Below, piece by piece: positions 21,886 to 35,543 of a DNA stretch of 64,000 bases. Position numbers and translations under genes: made by a program. Below the pieces are notes generated by a model, which worked only from the letters and a program-made list of their open reading frames with translations, was not told the origin of the DNA and ran no database searches. The stretch covers positions 15,118,597 to 15,182,596 of the forward strand of contig NC_057751.1 in assembly GCF_004010195.1 (NCBI RefSeq), read 5' to 3'. The stretch is from Chiloscyllium plagiosum. Lineage: Eukaryota. Numbering within the stretch: position 1 is the stretch's first letter; every line of letters starts with the position of its first letter.

Positions 21886-24389
21886 GAAGAATAGTTACTG
21901 ACCTGACAGAAGCATGAGGAAAACAGGAGCTTTATTTTGGAAATACTCTCTTTTCGTTCCAGGTTGCCAGGAGGCTGCAAAAGAGCACAAGATCATGTGA
22001 CACTGCATCACTTCCTGTGATGTAGGCCATTTCACTGGCATACCACAGTGGAACTTAATCCCTTACACTACATGTCACCTACTTCCCCCAAAGTTTTGAC
22101 TCATAGATTACAATATAGTGCTTAGTATTGCAGTCCCCCTGGAAATATATATATATGTAAAACAATTACACAATCTTTTCAGAATAAATTAAAAATATAT
22201 CAGAAGGCAATATGACAGTTTAGCATCTCAGATGTGTGGGGCATGAGTAAGCCAATCAAGTACCACACGTGACCTTCACTTCAGAAAACTGGATTTCAAC
22301 ATTGCCAGAAGCCAGTCTCCTGTCTATATTTACCAGCTAATGTGTGTCTACCTTGCATCTCACTTACATAGAAAATCCCAAGGCAAAGCTTCCTGCAGGA
22401 CTAAGAGAGAGGTCATGGCAGCAATTGGTGCAACACCATCCTGAGCACTACCCACCACAAAATCGGAGCTTACAGTCAGGGTAGAACTGAGGGAGCATTT
22501 CATCTCATGCAAGACATAACATGGTTGTTTGAAACACTGTCTGATAAGGCTGCGCAACCCAAATCCCAAAAATGTTCCTTTTAAAAACATTAGCCTGCCC
22601 TATATCCTCCTCCTCCCTATATACACTGCACCAAGTTTCCCCTTTTGATAGCGGAGCGCTGACTGATTCTTGTCACATCCCACAAGCCGCAATTTCCTTG
22701 GGACTGGAGCAAAAGGTGGGGTGGGAGTGTGCAGCTGCGATGCTGCAGTAAGTCACCCGCCAACCCTGCTAGTCTGCTCAAGAAGAGCAGAATGGAAAAG
22801 AAGTTTTAGCTCACTCAGGCTGCTTCCTGTGATTGACATTGGGAATGGCAGCATTATGAGGTACTCATTGCTCATCCAGCTGAATGACTTCAGGCTAAAA
22901 ACTTGCCTTTCACCTCCCATCTGGGAGCTGTGACTGCAACTAGGAATAAGCTTTACAATTTTTGCAATGATCCATAAGAGGCTCGTCACAACCTTGTGGG
23001 TCACCTCGACCCTCTGAATTGGTTAAGCAATCACTCGAGGTGAGAAAACTTAGCAAAAACAAAAGCATTGGTAGCCTGACATGAGAAATGCTCTTCCAGC
23101 TAACTCCTCGCCCAAGTCCTCAGCAGAGCTTGCAGAACATTTCAAATTCTGTAGCGTTATCTCACAACTCTGCTTAAAGATACCCAAGTCAGCATTGTCA
23201 CAAAGATAGACTCAGAGCTAAAAACATCCCTGCGAATTTAGCACAGCTGTCCACAGAGAAGAGAATTATCAATATTGACTCAGAACCTCGGAATTTCAGC
23301 AATGAAGCCAGTAACACAGAAGCTTATATTTCTCTTGGAGAGAAGGGGTTGAGAAAAAGAGAGCTTGTCTTGTGTGTTTGGTAGAAACAGTTTCCCCAAG
23401 GATACAATGTTTACTTCAGAGTAATTTTTGTAATCTATTTTGAAATAAAGGTTTCAATGTAAGTACCCAATGTTATACATCTGAAGCCTATCTAGTCAGT
23501 ATAATTAGATGCAAAACATCTAATTTTTGGCAAAAAGCTTTTACCAAAGTAGCTCTGGTTTACTTTGCCCCACTCAGCCGTCCACTTTCCCTCCCTAATT
23601 TTTGAGCATCTTATCACTGATTGCCACAATACTGGTTGAACACACAATGCCAGAAAGACCAGTTGGCCTGGAAATGCCTTGGAAAAATTAACATCCAAGG
23701 CTTAGCCCATTTCCTCCATTCATTAGCTGGCATAAGGAACGGCTTTCAGATAAATGATTATGCGTGTACTGTAAGAGGACAGATCAGGAGCAAGAATCAG
23801 TGTGTTCAGGGTCTGAGAAACCCAGTTAGTTTGAGACTCCGGAATTGTACAAGAGCAACGCAAGCCAGTGTGGTTTCTCAGCATAAACCCTGAAACCCAG
23901 ATAAGTGCTAAATGCAGCAAGCCAGCATTTGGGTTGTTTGCACTATTTGAAAGACAGCTATGCACCAAAGGCTATTACTAAGATGGTTTTGTTTCCATGG
24001 ATAGAACCATGCGGAGCATAAATGAAGGGGGCAACCTGGAGTGAATGGAGCCTTCATGTTGGAATTTGACCTAGTTTCACCCATCACCTCGGACCATTGC
24101 GGGGAAATCTTCAACACAGCATAAAACTGGCCAACCACCCAATGCCAGAACTTTCCCTGTGACAAACCAAAAGAGACATTGTAACAAGCAGGTCTGGCAG
24201 TATGGAGAGAGAAACCAAATTATTCTTGAGCCCTGTGACCCTTCTTCAGACCTGAACTCAAAATGTTCACATTAACTCTGGTAGACTTGGTCCTCAGATT
24301 CTGGCAGATCTGCTAAGTCTCTCCAAAAGTTTCCACTGTTTTTGTTTGAGATCTCCAGCACCCGCATCCTTTGTTTTGTTTGTCACTCA

Positions 24390-25225
24390 TAAAGAGTGAG
24401 TACAGTTAAGTTTCTGGTTCATGGTAATCCCCAGGATGTTGATAGTGGGTGATTCAGTGATGGTAACACCATTGAATGGTGGGTGAGGTTAGATTGTCTC
24501 TTAGTGTGATGAAAATGTTATTTGCCACTTGTCAGCCCAAGCCTAGATATTGTTGAGATCTTGTTGCATTTGAACGTGGATTGTTCAGTATCTGAGGAGT
24601 TGTGAATGGTGCTCAACATTGTGCAATCATTGGTGAACATTTCCACTTCTGACCTTATGATGGAAGAAGGTCATTTTGAAACAGTTGAAGATAGTTGAGT
24701 CAAGGACACCACCCTGAGGAGCTCTTGCAGAGATGTCCTAAACCTGAGATAACTGATCCCCAACAACTACAATCATCAGGCTATGTGCCAGGTATGACCT
24801 TAACCAGTGGAGAGTTTGCCCCCTAATTTCTACTGATTCCAGTTAGGCTATGTCTCGTTGAAGCTGTACTCTGTTAAGTGCAGCTTTGATGTCAAGGGTT
24901 GTCACTCTCATCTCATCTCTGGAATTAAGCACTTTTGCTGATGTTTGGACCAAAGCAGGAGCTGTGTGGTCTTGGCAGAACCCAAACTGGGCTTCACTGA
25001 GTAGGGTATTGCTGAGCAGGTGCTGCTTGATAGCACTATTGATGATACCTTCCATCATTTTACTCATGATCAAGAGAAGACTGCTGGGACAGTAATTGGC
25101 TGGTTTGGATTTGTCCTGCTTTTTTTTCTGTGCAGGACATAGCTGGGCAATTTTCCACAGAGTCTGATAGATGCCAGTTTCGTCACTGTACTGAAACAGC
25201 TTGGTAAATTCTGGAGCACAAGACT
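24390..25225 (-). mobile_element. Degenerate LINE reverse-transcriptase fragment (CR1/L2 type)
   Basis: ORF 24843-25280: KSKPANYCPSSLL..MMEGIIN..QFGF..LDIKAA. Confidence 0.75.
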
Positions 25226-26439
25226 CGACAGGGTAAATGCAGGAAGGATATTTCCAATGACTGGAGGAATTCAGAACCAAGGGTCACAGTTTAAGGATAT
25301 CGGGTAGGCCATTTAAGGTGGAGATACAAAGGAATTATTTCACCAGCTTTTCTGTAACTCCAGATGCACAGTTCTCTGGTTGACTCGTAACTGTCATCAG
25401 AAATGGCTGAGCAGCCTACTTAGTTCAAGGACATTTACAATAGGGAACAAATGCAAGCTCTGCCAGCAGTGCCAAAATCCCATGAATGAATGAATGAGAA
25501 AGTCAAGATGGAACAGCTCAAACCCAGAGCAAAAATGAATTGCTCTGTACATCGCTACAGCCAAGTCTAAGTCAACTTTATGAATTTTCTTTAACACAAG
25601 TAACAGAAAAAGATGCTGTTATCTCATTAACCAAATATGTGGCAACATTTCAAGGCTTTGTATTTGCTAAGTGATTATATCTGTCTGTTTGCCCTTGATG
25701 TATCTCATAAGATGGGTTGATCGTAGTTTAACATCATGCCTGAAGAATGACATTCCCCTACTGTTGCACTAAAATAGAAATCCAGAGTGCGTGATCGAGC
25801 CTTGAAGTGGGATTTGAACCCACAATCTTCCCACACAGATGAGAACACTGCCATCAAGTTGAGTTGACATACAAGTACGACTAAAAACTATCAATTGATT
25901 GTTCCAATAAATTTTGGTATACCAATAATATCTCTAGTGATCTGCAGTCGCTTCAGTAGCATGCCACATTTTATCCCTTTCCCATCTGTTTTGCATACAT
26001 TGCCATTTTCACTAGTTTATCAAACATTGTCTGCTGATCAATGCAAAAAGTGACTGTTGAAAGAATAGGGCTTGGTTGGAAAGTGGGTAGATAATCCTTT
26101 TATGACCTAACATATAGGATATAAAAGATACCTACCAAAACAAAGGTAAACCTTGTGTATTGTTAGCTTCCTCACATCATCTTATAAATCTATATAAGCT
26201 GTGGATAGTTAATTACAATTAATAAAGTATCATCAAGATTGGGAGTGACTCTGCCTTGCTAGATATTGTGGTTTTTATTGAATTTGGATCATTAATATGT
26301 GGCGCTTGTTATTGTATCTGATCAACGCTTTAAAACAATTGACATTTCATTGGAATTGCCTTAGTTATTTTTGAAAAACTCTTCTTGTGTCCGTTTAATT
26401 ATTGTTAGCCAGCCTTTTCATTCCATCATTCATATCCAT

Positions 26440-26741
26440 TTTGACGAGAGCAGGCAGCCCGAGGTCCCCTGGAGAGCCGGCCAAAGTGGAGGATGTCATT
26501 TCCTTGTATGGAGTGTGAGCCCAGCATGGCTAAGCACATAAGACAGACAATGGAACTATTCAATTGGTTTCTTTATTTTTCTACTTGATACTAAGAAGGA
26601 CTGTAATGTTGAAATTTCAACTTTATTACTTTGTACCAAGCATTTTGTACCCAGGTGCCTTTGTCCCTAAAATGATGCCGGGAATGGTGACATTATACAT
26701 TTCTGTACTTGAGTACAAGTGACAATAAAATCTAATTCTAA
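26440..26741 (+). mobile_element. Probable L2-type LINE 3' end
   Basis: Ends ctgtacttgagtacaagtgacaataaaatctaattctaa, resembling L2 3' tails. Confidence 0.4.
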
Positions 26742-29700
26742 GCTTCAGTTGGTTTCAATCCATATTTCCTAATGCCTTGTAATGTTGATCTGCTCAGTTG
26801 GAGGTATGTGGTTTAATTTCACTGTGTAGGCAATTTCCTGCCAATCCAATTAAGTCTTGTCTATTTTACAATTATAAATCCTATTCTTAGTCAATCATCA
26901 CAATACTCTTAATATTCCAAAGCAAACTTCAGCGATATGCACTTTTCGAATTAACACATCTGTGAGCAATTGACAATTTTAACCATGGTCGCCTGTTTTG
27001 TTTTGCCATTATCTTGTTCAGAGTTTGTAGAATTTGCACTTTATCTGTCGAGTTGTTTGCCAGTTGGTGACACGCAGTTTAAGGTATGTTTTCACTGTTG
27101 GCCTAAGAATTTTTGAGGCTGAGTGTATTGTCTAAGTCTCAAGTTTTATTGTCGAAGAAATTGTGAAATGTTTTCCAGAAGCATCAGATAAGAAACGTTA
27201 AATAATGAGAATGAAAATTGTCAGTATACATTCTATGAGGTGTTTGAACACCCTGAGGTGGAATAGACCTTCTCAGAAAGAAATCTTTATCCTATCTAGT
27301 TGATATGTGACTCCAGAACCATCAGTCAGTGCTATCAGAAAAGGATAAATAAATAAATGCAAAACACAGTAATTGTTGGCCTTGCTTGCAATACGTTCAT
27401 GAATCCATGAAAAAAAGGTGATGCTGCACGTAACTGTTAGTGAATGGCACCTTCATCTCAACTTGAAAGTTATCCATAGTCTCTTGAGCCTTATATCCTT
27501 TTCAAACTGCTTTGAGAAATATCACGACACTTTTAAACCATTGAAATTTGTTCAAAGGTGTGTTTGGTTAACACCAAAAGCAGCACGTTGATCTCTAATA
27601 GTATCTGCATCTAATACTTTAAAATTTGAAGTTCACTCATTGTTGAGGGACATTCACAGATTCTGCAAAAAAGAGATGGTTGGTTGTATCTGCCAGTGAA
27701 GAAGTTGAGAGGAATGAGGGTGTTTTCAATTCAGTTCCTTCAAGTGCCTCCTAAAGAAGGGTAAAAGCACAACATTGACTAATCCTAACATGTACACTTG
27801 GACAAATCATTCCTGCAACTGAGAACAATTGCATTATTTTCTGCAGTAATAAAAGCAAAAATGTTGTATGTTAGATACTTTTTTTTCCTCAGTGATGAAT
27901 ATATGTTCCAAGCAAATACCTCAATTTGTAACACAATTAAAAGTCAGCACATGCTGAATAATTTTGGCAAATTAGATTTTTTAAAAATTAGGCCCAAAGA
28001 AAAATAAACAGTTTTTGATTATAACTAATTTGTAGAATGAACATAACTGTTGTGAAATCAAAAAGTTGCATTTATTTTATTTGTTTTTTTTTCAAATGTG
28101 CAAGAATTAATATTTATGTAGCAAATTTAACTTGTGAAATATTTTGATGCCCTGCACAGGAGTGCTATTAACTCAAAGTTAAACCAAGCTGCAGAGATGT
28201 TTAGGCAGGTGACCAAACCCTTGATTTTAAAAACCATCAGAAGAAGAAAGGTAAGGTTGAGCGGTTTAGGGACACAATCCCTGAATTTAGGGCTCAGGAA
28301 TCTAAACGTGTGATGGTCAGTACTAGAGTGACTAAAATCAGGAGACTGCGAGACCAAAATTGGAGGAACACAAAAATCTAGTATTTTAAGGCTGTGGGGG
28401 TAAGGTGAGCCTTCCACAGAGAAATAATGTGTTCCAACCTATGTGCTGGGCACATGTCTTTTCAAGTAAACCATGTAACGCAAGAGGGAAATTAGTACAT
28501 ATCTTCCACATAATAGAAATTTGTGTTGTGTGGAAATTGCATAATCCAGAATTTGTTTAGTGCATCATTTTAAGGATTTCCTAACTTTTTAACTTCTGGA
28601 GAAAGATTCCCACCTGGATTGGCTGTCTGCCTTTTCACGTTAAAAGTGCTTGTCAAGATTTTGTGTAGTTTTTCTTATAGTTTCAGAATCTGCAGTTTCT
28701 TTTAATTTTATAATATTTTTCCTACTCTATGGTTGTTGCTTCAATGGGAATGTATGCGTGCACAGATCTTGCAAGTCCAGGAATACTGGATTTACTTTAT
28801 TCACATCACTGTGATGGGGGATGTATGATGTGGACCTCACTTCTGGGTGTGTTACCAAATTTCAATTACCTGTGGATTTGTGATGCTCAAATTTCACATT
28901 CAGAAGGGACTTTACTGCTTTTAAATTGTCACTTGGATGAGAAACATGCAGTAGTAGCAGTTAATCTGATAATTGTATCATGTGAATGCAGAGTCCATAT
29001 TCATTGTTCAGATTATCTTTTTTATTTAAAGCAGCCTCAATTGCTATTTGATATTTTAAATGTCTTACAATCCATAGTGTCACATTCCCAGAATTTTATA
29101 CCTACGAATCAGTATTTGAATCTTGTTGAGATAATTATCGGTCTTGAACGTTGACTTTCTAAGTGTATGATGTCCAAACATTTGCTGTCCACATGACTAG
29201 AAAGAATAACTCTTCTTGCAGTTATGGACAAACTAAAGATTTACTAACGTTCAAAGTAGCTTTGGTTTCTAATGCTCATGGACCTAACTGCAAAATTTAA
29301 TTATAACTTAGGAAGTATACATTCTGCATGATTTGAGCTAATGTCGAGTATGTCATCTGTTTGCCAAGCACCTGTAATTGAGAATATGCTTCCTTTATGC
29401 CATTCTCCAGATATTAACATGCCACAATAGGAATTGTTTGTCAGGAATGGTGCATGAAGAAGATTCGCTGTCTTTTAGCTTTAGACTTTTCCCAGTGGAA
29501 ATTTCCGAGCTGATTGAACAGCTGTCTTCACAGCAGGCTGTCTGAGAGAGATTATGTACTCAGGCTTGAACTGATGACAGCAACTACTTGCAGCAAGCCA
29601 CCTTGATGAGTGCCACTATAAAATGACTCTATACAATTACTTTGTACAATAATCTTTTTGTTGTTTCATCAAAAATATTACTTTTCAACTTTTCGAACAG

Positions 29701-32700
29701 TTTGTCAGCTGATACTGGTATATTTTCAGGGATATTGCGTGGCTGTTGATGCAGACTTTGATACCCAAGTAATTCAATATTATTGAAGATTCACAGCACT
29801 TTTGTTCACACATGCTATCTTGTAGAAATGAAAACGATAGCAACTGCTAATTGTGAAGGAGACTCAGTCTGTAAAGGGAAAGTAATTTCATAAGTTTTGA
29901 AATGACTTTATAGGGATTTTAATTCACGTTACTGAAGTGATAGTGTCAATATTTATAGATAGGCACGCACAGCTTACATTTGTGAAAGAAGGAGTGTCAC
30001 TTTACAAGTATCACTATCCTTCATTTATATCCAGTGAAGTATGCACCTAATGTAACCTCTTTTTCCCCCTTTTTATTCTAACCTAAACAATCAGTGGTTG
30101 CATATTTTTACCCAACAATGCTCCCTATTGCCAGGACCTGGGATAGTGGGAAATCCACCCATCAGGTTTCAAATTACATTTCTTTTAAAATCCACATTAA
30201 TTCACTTCACAAAATTTAATGGTATTAATTCCATGTGTATGAAGACTGATTTACAGCCTCAGTAATCAAGTGAGGCTCGATCAATTTAGGATATCTGGTT
30301 GGCATGGACGAGTTGGACCAAAAGGTCTGTCTCTGTGCTGTACATCTCTGTGAGTCGATAAAAAGTCAGTTTTTTGGAGTTAGTGCTAACGTAGTCACAC
30401 TAAACCATACTAAGGCAGAAAGTACTGGAGATTCTCTGCAAGTCTGAAAGCACCTGTTGGGTGAGAAACAGGGTTAACATTTCAAGTCCACTATGATTTC
30501 TTCAGGCTGAAAGATAAAGCAGCCCACTTGATTTTCACCATGTTCACAAACAGCCACTCCTTCCCCAGTATTGCTTAGTAGCAGGAGTGTGTGGCCATCT
30601 ATAAGATGCACTGTAGAAATTCACCAAGGTTCCTAAGACAGCATCTTCAAAGCCCATGACCACTTCCACTGAGAAGGATGAGGGCAGCAGGTACATGGGA
30701 ACAATATCAGCTGCAAGTTTCCCTCCAAACCACTCACTATCACTGTTCTTTCAGTGTGGTTGGATCAAAATCCTGGAACTCCCTCTCTAAAAGCATTGAG
30801 GATGTCGCTACATCACATGACTGCAAGGGTTCAAGAAGGCAGCTCACCACTGACTTGTCAAGGGTAATAGGGATGAGCTGTAAATGCTGACCCAGCCTGC
30901 AATGCCCACATCCCATCAATAAAATTTGAGTAAGCAGACAACTTGGACCAACTACTACATCCTGGCAGGTGTATTCAGCTGTTGTCTTATACAGCTCTCA
31001 TTTGCAGATACTATCCACTTACATTTTGGTTTATGTTGTGGTTTATTTACTTCCCTTTGAAGACTCAATATTTCAAAACATGTCAATACAAGAATCACAT
31101 TAGACATATTCTTGAATAATGGCTATTGTTAATGCAAGGGTTTTGGGTGCAGTTCCCACCATGCCAAAAATTATCTTTTTTTTATAGAAATTGCATTTTC
31201 AGGGATGGCCCCAGAAAATGGCATTTTGTAATTAAAATAAAAACGCAGGTCATTCATCTCCTTCAGAGATAGTAACTTGCAAAAGCAAATTGCGCATCTA
31301 TTTCAAAAGGAGAAATTTGCAGGGCTTTGCAGAAGGAGCAGTGGAGCAGAGTTCATTCGATGAAGTGCCAGTACAGGGCTGCGACTGCTAAATTGACCTC
31401 ATCTTGCACTGAGAAATGTGGAGAGTCTGTCCTATATGTTAATCCGATCCTTTGTATATCGCCAACTCCTAATGCTAGAAAGTGAATTAAGAATAGGCAT
31501 TAGATAATACCTTGCCACTGTAGCCCTGATCTAAACAATATATAAAAATATGTTTTTAAAATAATGCAAGGATGAAAAACTCATAAGCGGCAGTGTTTTT
31601 TCAGATTTGATGTTTTATTCCATTAAGTTGCAGTTCAAATATAATGTAGTTCAAATATGTTTAATAGCCACTTCTGGACCTTTTTTCCCAAGATTATGTA
31701 ATGGAAATAAAATCCAATCAGAAGCTTCTGAATGGCTCAGTTTGTTTGTGTTCGCTTGGTGACTACAATCAATACAAATGAGATAGTCTCAGGTTCCACA
31801 GCCTTGAACCCTTTGTTCTACAGAAGTTGCTGTTTATGAAAGCTGAAATGAAATTTGTGACAGCCACCATCTTTGAGAGAAAACACCTGACTGAATGCAG
31901 TTTAGAAGCAGAAAAGTTCATATTTCAAACTTTCTTGTGTTGTGACCCATTTTTCTCATGCAGTTAACAAGGCAAGACTGTTTAGTGTTGTAAGAACAGG
32001 AGGAAAAGAGAGATGAAAGATCCAAATTTCTGAAATATAGTTATGTTCCTGTGGAAGGTAATTTGAGCAGAGCTCAGAAATAAGCTTTTTGTCAGGACTT
32101 TCAGGATGTCAATGTTTGCTCTTCCAGCTGCTCCCTTTTTCAATATGAAAAATATCTTTTTCTCACATGTTACTATCTTAAGTTTGCAATGCTGTGTGAA
32201 TTTGTAAATTGTAACTAAAACTGCTGAAAGGGAACATTTAAATGAGCTTGTCATGATTTCCATGAGGCCAGCTTATTTGTGCTGAAATAAGTTGTTGATT
32301 TATCCGTATGATTGCAGTTGCATGTCAATTGTGTTAGCTTGTCAACTTGTTTATTGTTCGTTTTAGTGAATTGGTTTTACCGATAGTTGCAGAATTTTCC
32401 TGTTTTGACCTTGTCAAACAATTATCTCGTTTATGATTGGTTAACTGTTCCCTGAACTCGAGCCATTTTGTGTTAGAGGTGGGCAGTGATTTGGTTTTGG
32501 TTTGAAGACAGACAGGCTTAATGAAAGGAACAGTGTCCCAATTTTATCTGAAAAGAAGCATTGATTGTTATCAAATAAAATATTGTATTTAACTGTCAAC
32601 TGTAAATAATACAAAAGGGAAATCCAATGTCAGTCCTTTTTAATCTGAATGAAAATGTACTAATATGCAATGTCTCCATTTCATTTTTCAAAATTGTAGT

Positions 32701-32949
32701 ACATTTCTGACAGAAACAATTTGCACAGCATTACTTTAAGATGCACACCAATGATATTGGAGTATTTATTTAATTTGAAATCATCTCCCATGATAATCTT
32801 CACAGAGGAAGAATGAGATAAAAAAATTCACAATGGCATTTTTGCTGTAATCATGCTCAAATCCCATGGAACACTGGTCAAAAATGAAGTTTGATATGAA
32901 AGAGAGAACTTGCTTTTCAATATTAGCAGAGAAGCAAACGTGGGGCAAA

Positions 32950-35543
32950 GGGGAAAGCATGTGTTTCTTAAGAGAGAAGAGCTGAGCTGTATGATCAACT
33001 GGAGGGTCAGATGGTGTAAAATCTGTGTGGGTAGAATTGAAAGCAAAGATCATAGTTGGAGTTATGTACAGGCCTCCAAATACAAGTCAGGAGCTGGGGC
33101 GCAAGATACAGCAGCAGCAAAGGAAAGGCAAAGTTACAGTGATCATGGGGGATGTCAATATGCAGATGAACTGGGAAAATCAGGTTGGTAGTGGATTGCA
33201 TGAAAAGGAATGTATGGAATTCCACAAGATGACTTTTGGAGCAACTTGAGGTGCAGCCAACTAGGGAACAGGCAATACTTGATTTAGTGTTGAGAAATGA
33301 GACAGACTTGATAAGGGAGCTTAAGGTGAAGAAACCATTAGGAGGCAGTGATCATAATATGGTTCAATTTACTCTCAATTTGAGAGGGAGAAAATGGAAT
33401 CAGAGATTACGGTATTACAGCTGAATAAAGGCAACTGCAGAGCCATGAGGGAGGAGCTGGATAGAATTCACAGGGAGAGAAGCCTAGCAGGAAAGACAGT
33501 GGAATAGCAATGACCGGAGTTTCTGGGAGTAATTCAGGAGACACAGCAGAGATTCATCCCAAGGGAAAAAAAGCATGGTAAAGGGAGAATGAGCTGAAAA
33601 ATGTGTTGCTGGAAAAGCGCAGCAGGTCAGGCAGCATCCAAGGAGCAGGAGAATCGACNNNNNNNNNNNNNNNNNNNNNNNNNNNNNNNNNNNNNNNNNN
33701 NNNNNNNNNNNNNNNNNNNNNNNNNNNNNNNNNNNNNNNNNNNNNNNNNNNNNNNNNNNNNNNNNNNNNNNNNNNNNNNNNNNNNNNNNNNNNNNNNNNN
33801 NNNNNNNNNNNNNNNNNNNNNNNNNNNNNNNNNNNNNNNNNNNNNNNNNNNNNNNNNNNNNNNNNNNNNNNNNNNNNNNNNNNNNNNNNNNNNNNNNNNN
33901 NNNNNNNNNNNNNNNNNNNNNNNNNNNNNNNNNNNNNNNNNNNNNNNNNNNNNNNNNNNNNNNNNNNNNNNNNNNNNNNNNNNNNNNNNNNNNNNNNNNN
34001 NNNNNNNNNNNNNNNNNNNNNNNNNNNNNNNNNNACACCCCAGAGTTCTAAGGGAGATAGCTGAAGAGATAGCAGATGCATTAATGATGGTGTTTCAGGA
34101 ATTGCTAGAATCACGGAGGGTCCAAGAGGACTGGAAAATCGCTAATATGACATCCATGTTTATAAAAGGGGGTAAGGCAAAAGACCGAAAATTACAGACT
34201 TATTAGCCAAACCTCAATCGTGGGTAAGACTCTGGAATCTATTGTTCGGGTTGAGATGTCTGATTTCTTGGAAGTGTATCGTCAAGAAGGGCAAAGTCAG
34301 CACGGTTTCATCAATGGGAAATCATGCCTGACAAATCTGTTAGAATTCTTTGAGGAAGTCATGAGCAGGTTAGACCAAGGAGAGCCAATGAATGTTATCT
34401 CTCTGGACTTCGTGTGCTGCACACGAAGCTACTAGCTAGATAGGGCCCGTGGTGTCAGAGACATGGATGTAAGCTTGGCTGTCTGGCAAAAAGCAGAGAG
34501 TGGGGATAAAAGGGTCCTTTTCAGAATGGCAGCTGGTAACAAGTGGTGTTCCACCAGGCTCAGTTTTGGGACCACAATTTTTCACTTTGTACATTCGCCA
34601 TCGAGATGAAGGAACTGAGGGCATTCTGGTTAAGTTTGCAGATGATACAAAGGTAGGTAGAGGGGCAGGTAGCATTTAGGAGGCAGGGAAGCTGCAGAAG
34701 GATTTAGATAGGTGAGGAGAGTGGGCAAAGAAGTGGCGGATGGAGGACAATGTGGGTAAGTGTGAGGTCATGCACTTTGGTACAGAGAATAGAGGACTAT
34801 TTTCTAAATGGGGAGAAAATTCAGAAGTCTTAAGTGCAAAGACACTTGGGAGTTCTCGTCCAGGATTCTCTCCACGTAAACTTGCAGGTTGAGTCAGTAA
34901 TTAGGAAGGCAAATGCAATGATGGCATTTATTTTGAGAGGACTTGAATATCAAAGTAGGGATGTACTTCTGAGGCTCGAGAAGGCTCTGGTCAGACCACA
35001 TTTGGAGTATTGTGCACAGTTTTGGGCCCCATATCACAGGAAGGATGTACTTGTCTTAGAATGTGTTTAGAGAAGTTTCACAAGAATAGGCCAGGAATGA
35101 AAAGCTTAACGTATGAGAAACATTTGAGGATCCTGTGTTTATAGTCTGAGTTTAGAAGGAAGAGTGGGAATCTAATTAAAACATACAGAATATTGAATGG
35201 CCTGGACAGAGTAGATGTTGGGAAGATGTTTCCATTGCTAGGAGAGACACGGACCCAAGGGCACAGCCTTAGCGTTAAGGGAAGACCTTTCAGAATGAAG
35301 GTAAGGAGAAACTTTTTCATCCAGAGTGGTGAATTCATGGAATTCATTGGCACAGAAGGCCGTGGAGGTCAGATCATTGAATACATTTAAATCTGAAATA
35401 TTTAGGTTTTTAAATTTCAAAGGGATCAAGGGTTCCGGGGAGACAGCGGGAGAATGGGGTTGAGAAACTTATCAGCCGTGATTGAATGGCAGACTTGATG
35501 GGCTGAATGGCCTAATTTCTGCTCCTGTGTCTTATGGTCTTAA
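32950..35543 (+). mobile_element. CR1 LINE ORF2 remnant (APE and RT), with a nested family-A arm at about 33592-33658 and an assembly gap at 33659-34034
   Basis: VGVMYRPP, MGD.N, ILDLVL, GSDH, QHGFINGKSCLTNLLEFFEEV, RPHLEYCAQFWAP; tail tcttatggtcttaag. Confidence 0.9.

Noticed and set aside
22630-23100. Slightly GC-richer, unique-looking intronic stretch that could be a conserved enhancer
   Set aside because: No support without a cross-species alignment.
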